Below, piece by piece: positions 29,371 to 42,550 of a stretch of 64,000 nt of DNA; the stretch's first letter is position 1; each line of letters opens with the position of its first letter. This stretch comes from Octopus vulgaris (Eukaryota). A program made the translations under genes and the position numbers. Below the pieces are notes generated by a model. That model was not told the DNA's origin. It made no database searches and saw only the letters and a program-made list of their open reading frames with translations. The DNA lies in assembly GCA_951406725.2 (NCBI GenBank), contig OX597814.1:1984001-2048000 (forward strand). The letters run 5' to 3'.

Positions 29371-29374
29371 TGGC

Positions 29375-29668
29375 CCATTTTGGTCTTGAGCACTCCTTAC
29401 GCTTCGCTCAACGCTCTGAGGTTAAAACTGCGCCAGGAATGAGTTTCGATTTCGTAAGAACAGCTGTGTGCCGCTTGTGAAGCACTCACACCTTTACTTA
29501 AGGCTGTGATTGAAACCAGACGTGGTCATCTCGAACAAATGTGGTTGTGTCATAGTTGTGTTTCCTTTACCATTGCATTGCATTGCAACGCTCCACACGA
29601 AATATACCAAGATTTTGCTTTTTGCAAAACTTGCAAAAAAGATGGTTGCCTTAATATTGGAACACCTG
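29375..29668 (+). mobile_element. 3' end of a Tc1/maT-like transposon with terminal repeat
   Basis: SLNALRLKLRQE*..EQLCAACEAL..LKAVIETRRGHLE resembles a Tc1/maT C-terminus. Ends AATATTGGAACACCTG followed by TA. Confidence 0.6.
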
Positions 29669-29705
29669 TATATATATAGTATAATTTAAAAGGTGACAAG
29701 TATTT

Positions 29706-29793
<88 letters not shown>

Positions 29794-29956
29794 GGCGTCA
29801 GGAGTCGCTGTGTGGTAAGTAGCTTGCTTACCAACCACATGGTTCCGGGGTCAGTCCCACTGCTTAACTCCTTGGGCAAGTGTCTTCTACTATAGCGTCG
29901 AGCCGACCAAAGCCTTGTGAGTGGATTTGGTAGACAGAAACTGAAAGAAGCCCGTC

Positions 29957-30005
<49 letters not shown>

Positions 30006-30380
30006 AATATGTTACATGTATAGTCAAGATAAAACTCTGAGTTTTATATGTCACTTATATATAGAGTAGATAAATTTCCTCTATTTACATAATATTGAGG
30101 TCTCTTTCTTTCTTTTGTTATCTTACCGTTTTACCAATAAATATATATATATATATATATATATATTTGTGTGTCTGTGTTTGTTCCGCCCATCATCGCT
30201 TGACAAACGATGTTGGTGTGTTTACGTTCCCGTAACATACCGGTTCGGGGAAACCTAACGATAGAATAAGTACTGGGCTTACAAAGAATAAGTTCTGGGA
30301 TCGATTTGTTCGACTATAGGCGGTGCTCCATCATGGCCGCAGTCAAATGACTGAGAGAAATAATAAAAGAATAAAAGAAC
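29794..30380 (+). mobile_element. SINE family A with a ~140-bp foreign insert in its internal microsatellite
   Basis: Head 29794-29957, insert ~30001-30140, tail to ~30380. Confidence 0.85.
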
Positions 30381-30396
30381 AGAAGAATGTTCATAC

Positions 30397-30441
<45 letters not shown>

Positions 30442-30444
30442 CAT

Positions 30445-30514
<70 letters not shown>

Positions 30515-30517
30515 ATA

Positions 30518-30620
<103 letters not shown>

Positions 30621-31247
30621 CGTTAAAACATAGATCCGAAAATGAAGCACACTATGTATGTATGTATAAATGTATGTATGTATGTATGTATGTATGTATG
30701 TATGTATGTATGTATGTATGTATCTATGTGTGTGTGTGTGTGTGTGTAAGTGTGCGTATGTATGCTTGTATTATGTACATAAATATGTGTGTGTATGTAT
30801 GTTTCTGTGTATATAATGTTGAACAGCGTTTAGGATAACGACAGGAGAATGAGAGCGAGAGCAGGTCTAAAATGATTTAGTCTGGTCTGTGATTCACGGA
30901 AGATAATTTCGAAGGCAAGAAAAGATAGCGGGAAGAAGTTGGATTAAATGGCGGACGAAAGAATTGAGGAAAGCGGCGGCGGCGGAGGCGGCGGCGAAAA
31001 GAAGGAAATAGAAAAAGAAAGAAAGAACGAAAGGAGATTGAAATATTTTCTGTCGAAGACAAGTGACAGCCAAATGGTGAGGAGAGACCCAATTGTGTTT
31101 AGGTCTGTGTGTGTGTGTGTTGTGTGTGTGTATATGTGTGTGTGTGTGTATCCAATATATATATATATATATACTGGATATATATCCAATATATATGTAC
31201 ATATATATATATGTATGTATGTATATATATATATATATGTATGTATG

Positions 31248-31311
<64 letters not shown>

Positions 31312-31373
31312 CATATTTATCTATATATACATATATATGTACATATATATATGTAAATACATATTGGATATAT

Positions 31374-31416
<43 letters not shown>

Positions 31417-32343
31417 ATATATATATACATAAATATGCATGCCCACATAGACACTCATAGATATACGCGTGTGCATATATATATGTGTGTGTGTGTATGT
31501 GTGTGTGTATAAGTGACATATATTTCTTATATAACATATATGCTTGTATATATGTAAGTTTGAATAATTAGAGAATGTTCCTGGGAAATACGAAAAGAAG
31601 GAGAGTGAATGAGAGTTAGTGAATTGATAGAAAGATGCTATTAATAGTGAAAGAGGAAAACCTGAAGAAATCTCGGGAAATAAAGAAGGAATAGTATGAG
31701 AGAGGGAGAGAGAGAAAGAGAGAGAAAGTATGTGTGTGTGAGAGAGATAATGTGTGAGGGAGAGAAAGAAAGAGAGAGAGATATATATAATGTGTGTGTG
31801 AGAGAGAGAAAGAGAGAGAGAGGTAATGTGTGTGTGAGACAGAGAAAGAGAGAGATAATGTCTGTGTGAGAGAGAAAAAGAGAGAGAGGAAGAAAGCGAG
31901 AAAGAGAGAGAGAAAGCGAGAAAGAGAGACAGAGATAGCGACGTGGAGGGAGAGAGAGAGTGAGAGAAAGAGTGGCAAGATATGCTATATGGCGAAGTTT
32001 TGTGCAAGCAATTGGTGGATAATCTCGAGGGCCATATAAGCTGGGAGCAGATTATCAATAGATTCCGATATGATATTGTCTCCAGTATAGATTGATACTA
32101 AACAGATAGCATCTGAGGCAATTGAGATTTCAACGTTGGCTATAAGCCTTCCGATAAACTGGAGAACGTACGGTAATTGCGGCTCAATTTGAGGAAACCA
32201 AGTTGGATCAAACGGAAGATAGATACACACAACGCTTTTATTTTTCCACCTCTTCTCCTTTTCTCTCGTTTCACTCATCTCTCCTACATTCTCTATTTCC
32301 TAGCCTCTCTTCCTGTGTGTGTGTGTGTCTTTCTCTTTTTTCT

Positions 32344-32397
<54 letters not shown>

Positions 32398-32799
32398 TTC
32401 TCTACTTATTATTATACTTTGAGCCGTTGTCCGGCGAAGAGACTCGTCTATTTAAGTCTTCAGTCATAAACGGCTCACGTGATGTTTAGATATATATCTT
32501 ACGGAAATTAACGGACAAATCAACAGGAATCTTCAGTTGGCTAAACGTAGATGAAGGAGACGGGTTGGTGGGGGTGGGTGGCTGTGGTGGTGGAAGTGGT
32601 GGTTGTGAAAGGTGACTCTCTTACCGTTTCCATTTCGACTATAATCTTCTTCTTATTCTTCTTCTTCTTCTTCTTCTTCTTCTTCTACTTCTTCTTTTTC
32701 TTCTTCTTTTTCTTCTTCTTCTTTCTTCTTCTTCTTCTTCTTCTCTCCATACCATCGAGAATAGAAATAAATTGCATATTGTGCATACTACTACTACTA

Positions 32800-32895
32800 A
32801 GGCTGTGAGATGAGTCTTTAGCGCATCGGACAAAATGCTTAGCAGTGTTTCTTTCGGCTCTTTACGTTCTGAGTTCAAATCCCGCCGAGGTCAAT
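32800..32895 (+). mobile_element. SINE family B head fragment
   Basis: TTAGCGCATCGGACAAAATGCTTAGC...GAGTTCAAATCCCGCCGAGGTC. Confidence 0.65.
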
Positions 32896-32944
32896 TGTGT
32901 CTCAGTTATTGTCAACCAATAATCTCCCTATTTCTATATAAACC

Positions 32945-33669
32945 ATAGGTTCTCAATGTGGACGCTACCGCCCCCCCACCTTCCGGAGGGTGTTGAGACG
33001 GTCCAGGTGGACGCTAGTACCTAAGGAGGCGGTGAGGTGTAGAGAAAAAGGAGGCGTCGGGAGGAAGGCAGTGGATTGGGGGATGCTATGAATCTATTAT
33101 AATATTAATATAGTATTGTATACAAATTAGATAATATTATATTAAATATCAAATGATTCATAGAATGAATTAGTAAAATATAAAATATTGATTTATACAC
33201 AAAAATAGGGTAAAGATTATTTGCCAACATAACATGGCAGTCCTGGTTTAGGACGAATGTTGCTGTAATTTAGCCCCAGGAGGCATCGTCTCCAACTGGC
33301 TATACGAAACGATCTGTGTCCTTATAGTGGTATGTAGTAAATATATGTCTTGAATTTATTCAACTTTTTATGAACTATTGTAATAATATACACGCAGATT
33401 CCATTGTTCGAAAATATAAGGACACAGATCGTATCGTATAGCTAGCTGGAGACGATGTCACCTGGGGCTAAATTACAGCAACATTCATCCTAAACCAGGA
33501 CTGCCATGTTATGTTGGCAAATAATCTTTACTCCAAAGTACTGTTGCTGAATATCTCTCGTTGTGAGATTTGCAAATAGTAATTTTCTAATAAAATTAGG
33601 GGTCGGGACGCTGAGGGTATTATGTAGCCATGAGGGTGTGGGGTGGCCCCAACAGTTTGAGAACCTCTA
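32945..33669. mobile_element. Possible hAT-like MITE interrupted by an inverted-repeat element
   Basis: Ends AGGTTCTCAA ... TTGAGAACCT with C-rich and G-rich subterminal tracts. No clear 8-bp TSD was seen. Confidence 0.4.
33210..33590. repeat. Inverted repeat (~115-bp arms, ~90-bp spacer) of a Penelope-like family
   Basis: 33210-33325 is the reverse complement of ~33415-33531. The same family occurs at 62805-63045 and is homologous to the 25193-26170 unit. Confidence 0.85.
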
Positions 33670-33895
33670 ATATAAACTTGCCCTCTTTCCCCTCAACTAA
33701 TCACGTGAAAGCCTTACAATTACGTTCCCTCTACTTCACGTCATGGGTGCTTCTCACACCCCTTTCTCTCTCCCTCTTTTTCTCTCTCCTTCATGTCTTT
33801 ATAAACTTATAACCAACAGTCTGATTTCATGTTCTATGTTCAACTCCCGTCAAAATCAATGGTTGTGTCTAATCAAAGAAAGGCATGAATTAAAA

Positions 33896-34930
33896 CTAGC
33901 GGGACCCGTGAATATTTCACGGAATTAATGGTAAACTTTTTGGTTTATTCCTGAAAACCTTATCCAAAAAGCCTGAAAGCGTAGCCTGTGTTGTGTGCCT
34001 ATCAAAAGATAATCACTCATCTGATAATCATTGAAAAGTGAAAGAAATTGGAATGTGATAATTACTTTATGCACTTTATATATTCATTTTATATACTTTA
34101 TGCGCAATTTTGTAGACTTATACACAGCACTCATAAAATAAACATTTACCCTTATTTTTCCATTTTTACAATAAACAAAAAAATCCCGTACATATGATAC
34201 AACCTTTAGTTAAATAACATATATTTGCCACGTAAATAAGCATTAATATTTCACGTAACTGCACTTATGCACATGTAATAGGTGATAAAAAAAACACTTT
34301 ACACTATCCTATCACCACCACCACCACCACCATCACCACTGCCCCCACACCATCAGATCTCTGTCTTTCTCATCTCTCCCTCTCTCTCCTCTCTTCCCTC
34401 TCTCTCTTCTTCCTGTCTCTCTTTCTTCACCACAAAATCAAAACATCACCTTTCTTCTAAAATTATATTTTTAACACCCCTCCTCTAGATTCAACTAACT
34501 TTTTCAGCCACGTAACAAATATTACGTTCCCCCCCACCTCCCATCACAGACGCTTCTCTCTCTCTCTCTTTTCTTTCTCTCTCTTTCTCTCTTTTCTTTC
34601 TCTCTCTCTCTCTTTTCTTTCTCTCTCTCTCTCTTTTCTTTCTCTCTCTCTCTCTTTTCTTTCTCTCTCTTTCTCACTCTTCGCCTTATCCTCTTTTCCT
34701 CCCTCCCTTTACTTTCTCTCTTCTTTCCCCTCAAATAATCACGTGAAAGCCTTACAATTACATTCCCTCTACCTCATGTCATGGATGCTTCCCACTCCTC
34801 CTTTCTCCCGCCTTCTTTTTCTCCCTCCCTCTTTTTCTCTCTCTCTCTCATTTCCTTGTTCCTCTATTTCTCAAATCCCGTGAAAGTGTTACCGACGGGC
34901 TAAGTAACGCAATGGCAGCAGAATTATTAA
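33896..34930 (-). mobile_element. Non-autonomous Helitron-like element, with parts duplicated at ~33695-33790 and ~35760-35852
   Basis: Minus-strand 3' end CCGTGAAATATTCACGG hairpin followed by GTCCCG-CTAG|T. The 5'-terminal segment CTCAAATCCCGTGAAAGTGTTACCG..GAATTATTA is present twice. Confidence 0.6.
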
Positions 34931-35174
34931 AAGAACGGTCAGAGGCGAGACATGAATATCAAAACATTCCTTTCATGCTCGCTACAATATAAATGTCCTA
35001 TAAATGCTCATGAAATAGGCATTATCTTCTCATTTCCGATTATTTTCTGTGTAGGCTGCCATTTCTGGGTGAGTTGGTATCTTGTGTGGGTTGGCATCAC
35101 TAACTGTTATGTTTTCGGTAAACATCGTTATTTTAGGAATAAGCAGCCACTATGTAGCTTTATCTCCCTCAGTC

Positions 35175-35388
<214 letters not shown>

Positions 35389-36084
35389 TGGTGTGTTATG
35401 ATAATTTATGGAAAGGAATCGCATAGAACTCAACAATTTTGTTAAAAATGGAGAAGAGATGTTAAAATTTAAAATTCCTTGAGATTCTAACATCTTTTCT
35501 CTATTTTTAACAAATTTCCATAAATTCTCATAACAACATATACAAGTATCATTTTTATATTCGCAAAACATACGCCACTAAACTACCAGCAAAATATGAA
35601 AAATCTATATTAGAAATCGTTTTGGAAGCATCCAAATTAAAGGACGAAATATTATTCAATCTTTTCACACACACACAAATAAGTATATATTTATTATGTA
35701 TATTTATTATGTATATATATTATGTATATATATATATTCTTTTTCTCTCTCCTTCTTTTTCCCTCTCCCTCATTTCTTTGTTCCTCTTTTTCTCAAATCC
35801 CGTGAAAGTGTTACCGTCGGGCTAAGTAACGCAATGGCAAGCAGAATTATTAGATATATTTATATTATTGTATCTGGAGATAGTCCTTCTGTTTAATGCT
35901 CTTATTAATTGACACACTCACCGGTTCGTTTTCCACTCATTTACTTACTCGTTCGCCTAAAATTTTCGTTGCGTCCTGCAACCTTTTTAATAGTCGTTGA
36001 CTCTGTCCGTTATCGGAGCTGTGTTCTTTTTGTTTGTTTGTTTGTTTGTGCGCATGTGTGTACCAAACAATTGATATACGTATA

Positions 36085-36444
<360 letters not shown>

Positions 36445-36510
36445 TATATGCTTTCACTGCGAATGGTTTTTTTATTCGGCGCCATTTTTACAACCCTGTA
36501 AATAATAATG

Positions 36511-36806
36511 ATGGTATTTTTATATAAGCTTGAAGCTTGTGGCGATCCCGTGCAATGACTAAGGAAAATAGTCTAATAAAGGGGCATATAAGCCCTCGAC
36601 AGAAACATGTGACAGAAAGAGGGAGGCTGATTCGCTGGTATAAAGGTAACATACTTGGTCGCGTCAACAAAGGGATGTGGGTTCGACTCCCAAACGTATA
36701 GGAAAGCCTTTTTTTCTGTCGACGGTTTATATGCCCCTTTATTAGACTATTTTCCTTAGTCATTGCACAGTGATCGACATAAGCTCTGAGCTTATATGAA
36801 AATACC

Positions 36807-36808
<2 letters not shown>
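36511..36808. mobile_element. Foldback/MITE-like element: ~95-bp inverted arms enclosing a tRNA-like Pol III promoter
   Basis: Arms at 36511-36605 and 36713-36808. The spacer has TGGTATAAAGG (A-box-like, 36636) and GGTTCGACTCC (B box, 36680). Confidence 0.65.
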
Positions 36809-36853
<45 letters not shown>

Positions 36854-36967
36854 CCTACGTTTTCACAAACAAGTATATATAAATATACATATGCACGGGT
36901 ATATAATATATATACACATAAATATACATATAAATATTAGTACATATGTTTCTCCAGGTCTCCGTTT

Positions 36968-37006
<39 letters not shown>

Positions 37007-37041
37007 CTTTACAAACGTATATGTATATATATAAGTATACT

Positions 37042-37090
<49 letters not shown>

Positions 37091-37136
37091 CATATATAAG
37101 AACATGTCTACATGCATACATACATACATACATACA

Positions 37137-37173
<37 letters not shown>

Positions 37174-37583
37174 GAACATGTCTACATGCATACATACATA
37201 CATACATACATACGTACATACATAGAACATGTCTACATGCATACATACATACATATACGAACAGATAGATAGGTAGATAGATTCATGGAAATAATTACAT
37301 ACACATAAGGAGACGAGGTTTTGGTGAATGAGCTAATTTGACAATAGATGGCACCAGTCTCGGTACAAATGACGCCTTTATTTCTTTGATTTCTTCAAAT
37401 TGTTTAGACATTATTGAAGAATGTGAACACAGTTTTGTAGTTATGACGTTTAAGAAATTTCTCCGCCAGTGTTTCCTGCCCAAAGCCAAGACAAGCACAT
37501 CTTTGTTTGTATGTTATGAGATTGAAGATATATACACAGAGAAAGAGATAGTTAGAAAGATAGATAAACAGATGGGTAGATAA

Positions 37584-37630
<47 letters not shown>

Positions 37631-37638
37631 GATAGATA

Positions 37639-38225
37639 TGTTTCTTTATTAACCACACAGGGCTGCACACAGATAGAACAAATTACAAGGTAGAGCTTTT
37701 CTTTTGAAGGTTTAAAAAAAAAAAAAAAAAAAAGGAAGGGGGAGTTTCGATCAAAAGGGATCGTAAAAGGAGAGAAAGAGGACAAAAAAGGGGGGTTAAA
37801 AAAAAAAAAGGGGGAGAGGAAAAAAAAGAAAAAAAAAAAAAAAAAATTCATCAATAGGGATCGTTATCACAGAAATGTCAATATGAAGTGTAAAGGGGAG
37901 GACAGGTGAGGTTTACCCGTGGAAAGAAAAGCCTACGGAAAAGACCACGGTAACCTCGGTCAATGAAGTCACATTTTTATTTTTTTTTTTTTTTTTTTTT
38001 TTGCAAATAAGCAACTCTCTGTTTTCGATTTCTGGGTTCATAGGACTATGCTCAAGGTGGCTTCGTCATTCATACGTGCCATTCTTGCTACATTCACCCA
38101 TCTTTTTTTAAAACATTCGCTAGACAAAACTTGCCTCTCTACTACTTTCCTTTTCAAGTGGTACTTGAAGAAGTTGATGAGAGATTGACCAGAGAGGAAA
38201 GTGTTTGTCTCCAATCCTTTCAGAC
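37639..38225 (-). mobile_element. 5'-truncated Tx1-like LINE, copy 2
   Basis: Near-identical to ~1206-1778 (LKGLETNTFLSGQSLINFFKYHLKRK...; same 3' end). A 25-bp TSD AGATAAATAGATAGATAGATAGATA lies at 37614-37638 and 38226-38250. Confidence 0.92.
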
Positions 38226-38231
38226 AGATAA

Positions 38232-38312
<81 letters not shown>

Positions 38313-38315
38313 AAA

Positions 38316-38383
<68 letters not shown>

Positions 38384-38399
38384 TTAGATAGATAGATAA

Positions 38400-38466
<67 letters not shown>
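38226..38466. repeat. (GATA)n microsatellite, continuing on the other side of the LINE at 37577-37638
   Basis: Read directly from the sequence. Confidence 0.95.
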
Positions 38467-38817
38467 CAGCGGTGGTGATGAGGAATGCATGCGTAGGAGA
38501 AGAAAAGGCATAAATGTCAGGCGCAATGAGACAGTGATGAAGAGAAAATACTGAGGACGAACTTAGGGGTCGGTCATTTTCTTCCTGGGTAGTTGCTGTT
38601 CTGCCCTGGATCAGCTCCTTCGTGCCTCATATAATTTCTTATTATAGCAAGGTGCAAATTGACTTTGGTTTTGGGACCTTACTCTATTTGGACAAGATTG
38701 GAAACTTGGTGCCATGCAGTGCCGTCCAAATCAGGACTAGGTATAACTTTCAATCGCAATATTAGATATTAAACCATCAAGAATCTTATACACACACACA
38801 CACACGCACGCACACAC

Positions 38818-38863
<46 letters not shown>

Positions 38864-38977
38864 ACACACGCACACACACATTTACTTAAAGACTATATAT
38901 CATATATTATATAACAAGTAAAACTACTAAATAGTATATATATTGTAGCTGTGCTATATGATTTCGTGTTACTGAGG

Positions 38978-39350
38978 TTGAGGCGCAAGGGCAGCGGACT
39001 CACGGTCGTAGGATCGCTGTTTCGATTCCCAGACTGGGCGTTGTGAATGTTTATTTAGCGAAAACACCTAAAGCTCCACGAGACTCCGGCAGGGGGGTGG
39101 GGTGGCGAACCCTACTGTACTCTTTCCCCACAACTTTCTTTCACTCTTTCTTCCTATTGTCTTTGTACTTGTATTTCAAAGGGGCCAACCTTGTCACACA
39201 CTGTTTCACGCTGAATCTCCCCCGAGAACTACGTTAAGGGTACACGTGTCTGTGGAGTGCTCAGCCACTTTCACGTTAGTTTCACGAGCAGGCTGTTCCG
39301 TTGATTGGATCAACTGGAACCCTTCGTAGTCGTAACTGACGGAGCACCAC
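38978..39350 (+). mobile_element. SINE family C, tail type 1
   Basis: GGGCAGCGGACTCACGGTCGTAGGATCGCTGTTTCGATTCCC head; tail GGCTGTTCCGTTGATTGGATCAACTGGAACCC. Confidence 0.85.
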
Positions 39351-39409
39351 GAGTGTTACTCACAAACAATTGCATACATACATACATAGATATTTTCTTT
39401 TATTCTTAT

Positions 39410-39642
39410 ATTGTTACTTGTTTCAGTCATTTGATTGCAGCCATACTGGAGCACGGCCTTAAAGGGTTTTACTCTTTGTAAGCCTAGTACTTATTTTATC
39501 GGTTGCTTTCGCCGAACTGCTCAGTTAAGGGGACCTAAACACACCAGCATCAGTTGTCTAGCGATGGTAGGAGGACAAACACACATATATATACGAAGGG
39601 ATTCTTTTAGTTTCTGTCTACCATATAGCCAGACCTGCGCCT
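39410..39642 (-). mobile_element. Degenerate SINE family A
   Basis: Reverse complement of the family A tail and body, with deletions. Confidence 0.7.
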
Positions 39643-39660
39643 ATGTATATATATAAATAC

Positions 39661-39734
<74 letters not shown>

Positions 39735-39949
39735 ATGTGTGTGTGTGTATGTATGTACAATCACACACAATTATATGTAGTGTATTTTATTTATTGATTT
39801 CAAGTTTTGGCCGAAGGGCATCACGTTCGGGGAAGGGATTACTTCGACCTCAGTGATCAGGTGGTACTTGTTTTATCGACTCCGTAACGATGAAAGGCAA
39901 AGTAGATCTCCACACACACGCACACATACAAAAGGAACACTTATTTCGT

Positions 39950-40106
39950 CGTGGCTAACCTTGCTTCCCAACCTTTTGGCTTCTGGTTCAGTCCCAGTGC
40001 CTGGCACATTGGGCAAGTCTCTTCTACTATAGCCTGAAGCCAACCAAAGCCGTGCGAGTGGATTTGATAGACGGAAACTGAATGAAGTTGTCGTATATAT
40101 AAATTG

Positions 40107-40137
<31 letters not shown>

Positions 40138-40345
40138 AGTGAATGTATATGTGTGTGAAAGTGTATGAGAGTGTGTGTTCTGTCCTTGTGGTTGTGTTTA
40201 CGTCCCCCTAACCTAGCCGTTTGGCAAAAGAGCGCAATGGAATAAGAACCAGATTTTGAAAGTACCGGGGTCGATTCATTCGATTAAAAATTCTTCAAGA
40301 CGGTGCCCCAGCATGGCCGCACTCTAATGACTGAAACAATCAAAG
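39950..40345 (+). mobile_element. Degenerate SINE family A
   Basis: GGTTCAGTCCCA..GGCACATTGGGCAAGTC..CGGTGCCCCAGCATGGCCGCA. Confidence 0.8.
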
Positions 40346-40966
40346 AACAAATAAATGAAAAAAAAACCTTCATTGCATCACACTTGCCCGTTATCTCTTA
40401 CCCTCATCCTTACGCTCCTCTCGTTACCCAATCCGGGCATGTCATCTTTCGCTGCCTATTTTTCGCTCTAACCAGCGACTTCCCATTAAACACCCTTCAC
40501 CTACCCAACAACGGTTTCAGTAAAAGGAATATGCTAATGTCAAACACCTGTTAAAAACTGCAGATAATAAGTTGGTTTCTCTTGTAATTATTCAAGATTA
40601 CAATCTTCACTTTGAATGCGGAAAACATCTAGGTATACCTAGCACGTCGCCGCCTACGCACACACATGCAAACATATACACACGCATGTATATACAGCCC
40701 TCTCTCCCCGCTTCTCTTTCTCTCCATGTAGGCATATATACATACATACATATATATATGTATATATATATGAATATATATATGTGTGTGTGTGTATGTC
40801 TATATACGCAAGTGCACACGCACACACACACATATCTTTCCTTTTATGTAAATAAAGATTGGGTGATATGCAAATGAAATTACCTCATAATATGAGCAAA
40901 TATATACACGTATATGGTTAAACGACATATACGTGCGACATATATATGTGTGCGTGCGCCTGTGTC

Positions 40967-41035
<69 letters not shown>

Positions 41036-41099
41036 TATATAAAAATATATGTGAATATATATATATATATATATGTGAATATATATATATATATATATA

Positions 41100-41610
41100 T
41101 GTATATGTATGTATGTATGTATGTATGCATGTATGTATGCATGTATGTATGCATGTATGTATGTATGTATGTATGTATGTATGTATGTATGTATGTATGT
41201 ATGCATGTATGTATGCATGTATGTATGTATGTATGTATGCATGTATGTATGTATGTATGTATGCATGTATGTATGTATGTATGTATGTATGTATGTATGC
41301 ATGTATGTATGTATGTATGTATGTATGTATGTATGTATGCATGTATGTATGTATGTATGTATGTATGTATGTATGTATGCATGTATGTATGTATGTATGT
41401 ATGTATGTATGTATGTATGTATGTATGTATGTATGTATGTATGTATGTATGTATGTATGTATGTATGTATCTATGTATGTATGTATGTATGTGTGTGTAT
41501 GTATGTATGCATGTATGTATGTATGTATGCATGTATGCATGTATGTATGTATGTATGCATGTATGTATGTATATATATATTCATGTATGTATGTATGTAT
41601 GTATGTATGT
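41100..41610. repeat. (ATGT)n tetranucleotide array with ATGC variants
   Basis: Read directly from the sequence. Confidence 0.95.
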
Positions 41611-42504
41611 ATATATGTACGTAAACACACATGCATATATCTTATATCCTTTCTATGTATACACAATGGTGATTTTACAATGCTGAAATGTTAGCAAAAT
41701 TTCTAAAAGAATATATAAAATGAAATTTAAAAAAAAAAAGCATTAATAAAATAATTATATTTGAATTTAGAACTGATGTAAGCCTTTCGAACGCAAACTG
41801 TATTAGTTAACTAGTTATAATTAGGTTAACCGTGCATGCTAATTACTGTACACTAACATTTACCGATATGTCCTTACTGCATTTCAATGAGGGAAGGAAA
41901 TCGACGTGGCGAATCGGTGAATTTAGGAAAAAAAAAAAAAAAAAATTTTGCTGAAAATTGAAATTTCCCGAAGAAGAAACAAGGGAAAGAAATATTGGGG
42001 TTAAAAGTGTTATTTTGCTCTAATTCAGTTCTGTTGTGACTAGGTGTCCTAATGTTTTAACTTTTTGTTATGTTGCTCAAATTCAGTTCTGTTCTGGCTA
42101 GGCATCGAACTGAGTTTGGTGATGTCTGTTTCTTTCGGACTGGATCAACCGAAGAACCCCATTCGTTGCATTGAACCGGAGTTCAAATTCCTTTCTTTAT
42201 GCCAGCATTAATAGCTTGAGTTAAATCAGTTTAATTCTTTGTAACTCTTTGACTTTTCTCTACTTTTTTTCAGATATTTCAAGTCATTTGCATTTTGCAC
42301 TCTTTTATGACTCGTTTTGGTTGATGAAAAACCATAAACTCAATTTTAGTGTCATTTGAGTCTAGTCCGACCTGTTTGTAGTTTCTTCAGCTGATTGAAG
42401 AAGTAGCTCAGCTTCCTGATCATATTATAAGTAAGAGAGATATCATCTACCTTATTTACATTATTTACATTTGACGGATATTTGTCCTCTTCTTGTTTGT
42501 TGTT

Positions 42505-42550
42505 AACACAACGTTTCGGTTGATATACCCTCCAGCCTTCTTCAGGTGTC
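42505..42550 (-). ncRNA. Minimal hammerhead ribozyme of a second Penelope-like family
   Basis: Minus strand reads GACAC-CUGAAGA-AGGCUG(GAGGGUAUAU)CAACC-GAAA-CG-UU-GUGUU: intact core, stem I GACAC/GUGUU, palindromic AACGUU stem III and one stem II mismatch. Confidence 0.7.

Noticed and set aside
31985-32278. 97-aa minus-strand ORF as a host gene
   Set aside because: No recognisable motif; it starts in a GA-rich low-complexity tract.
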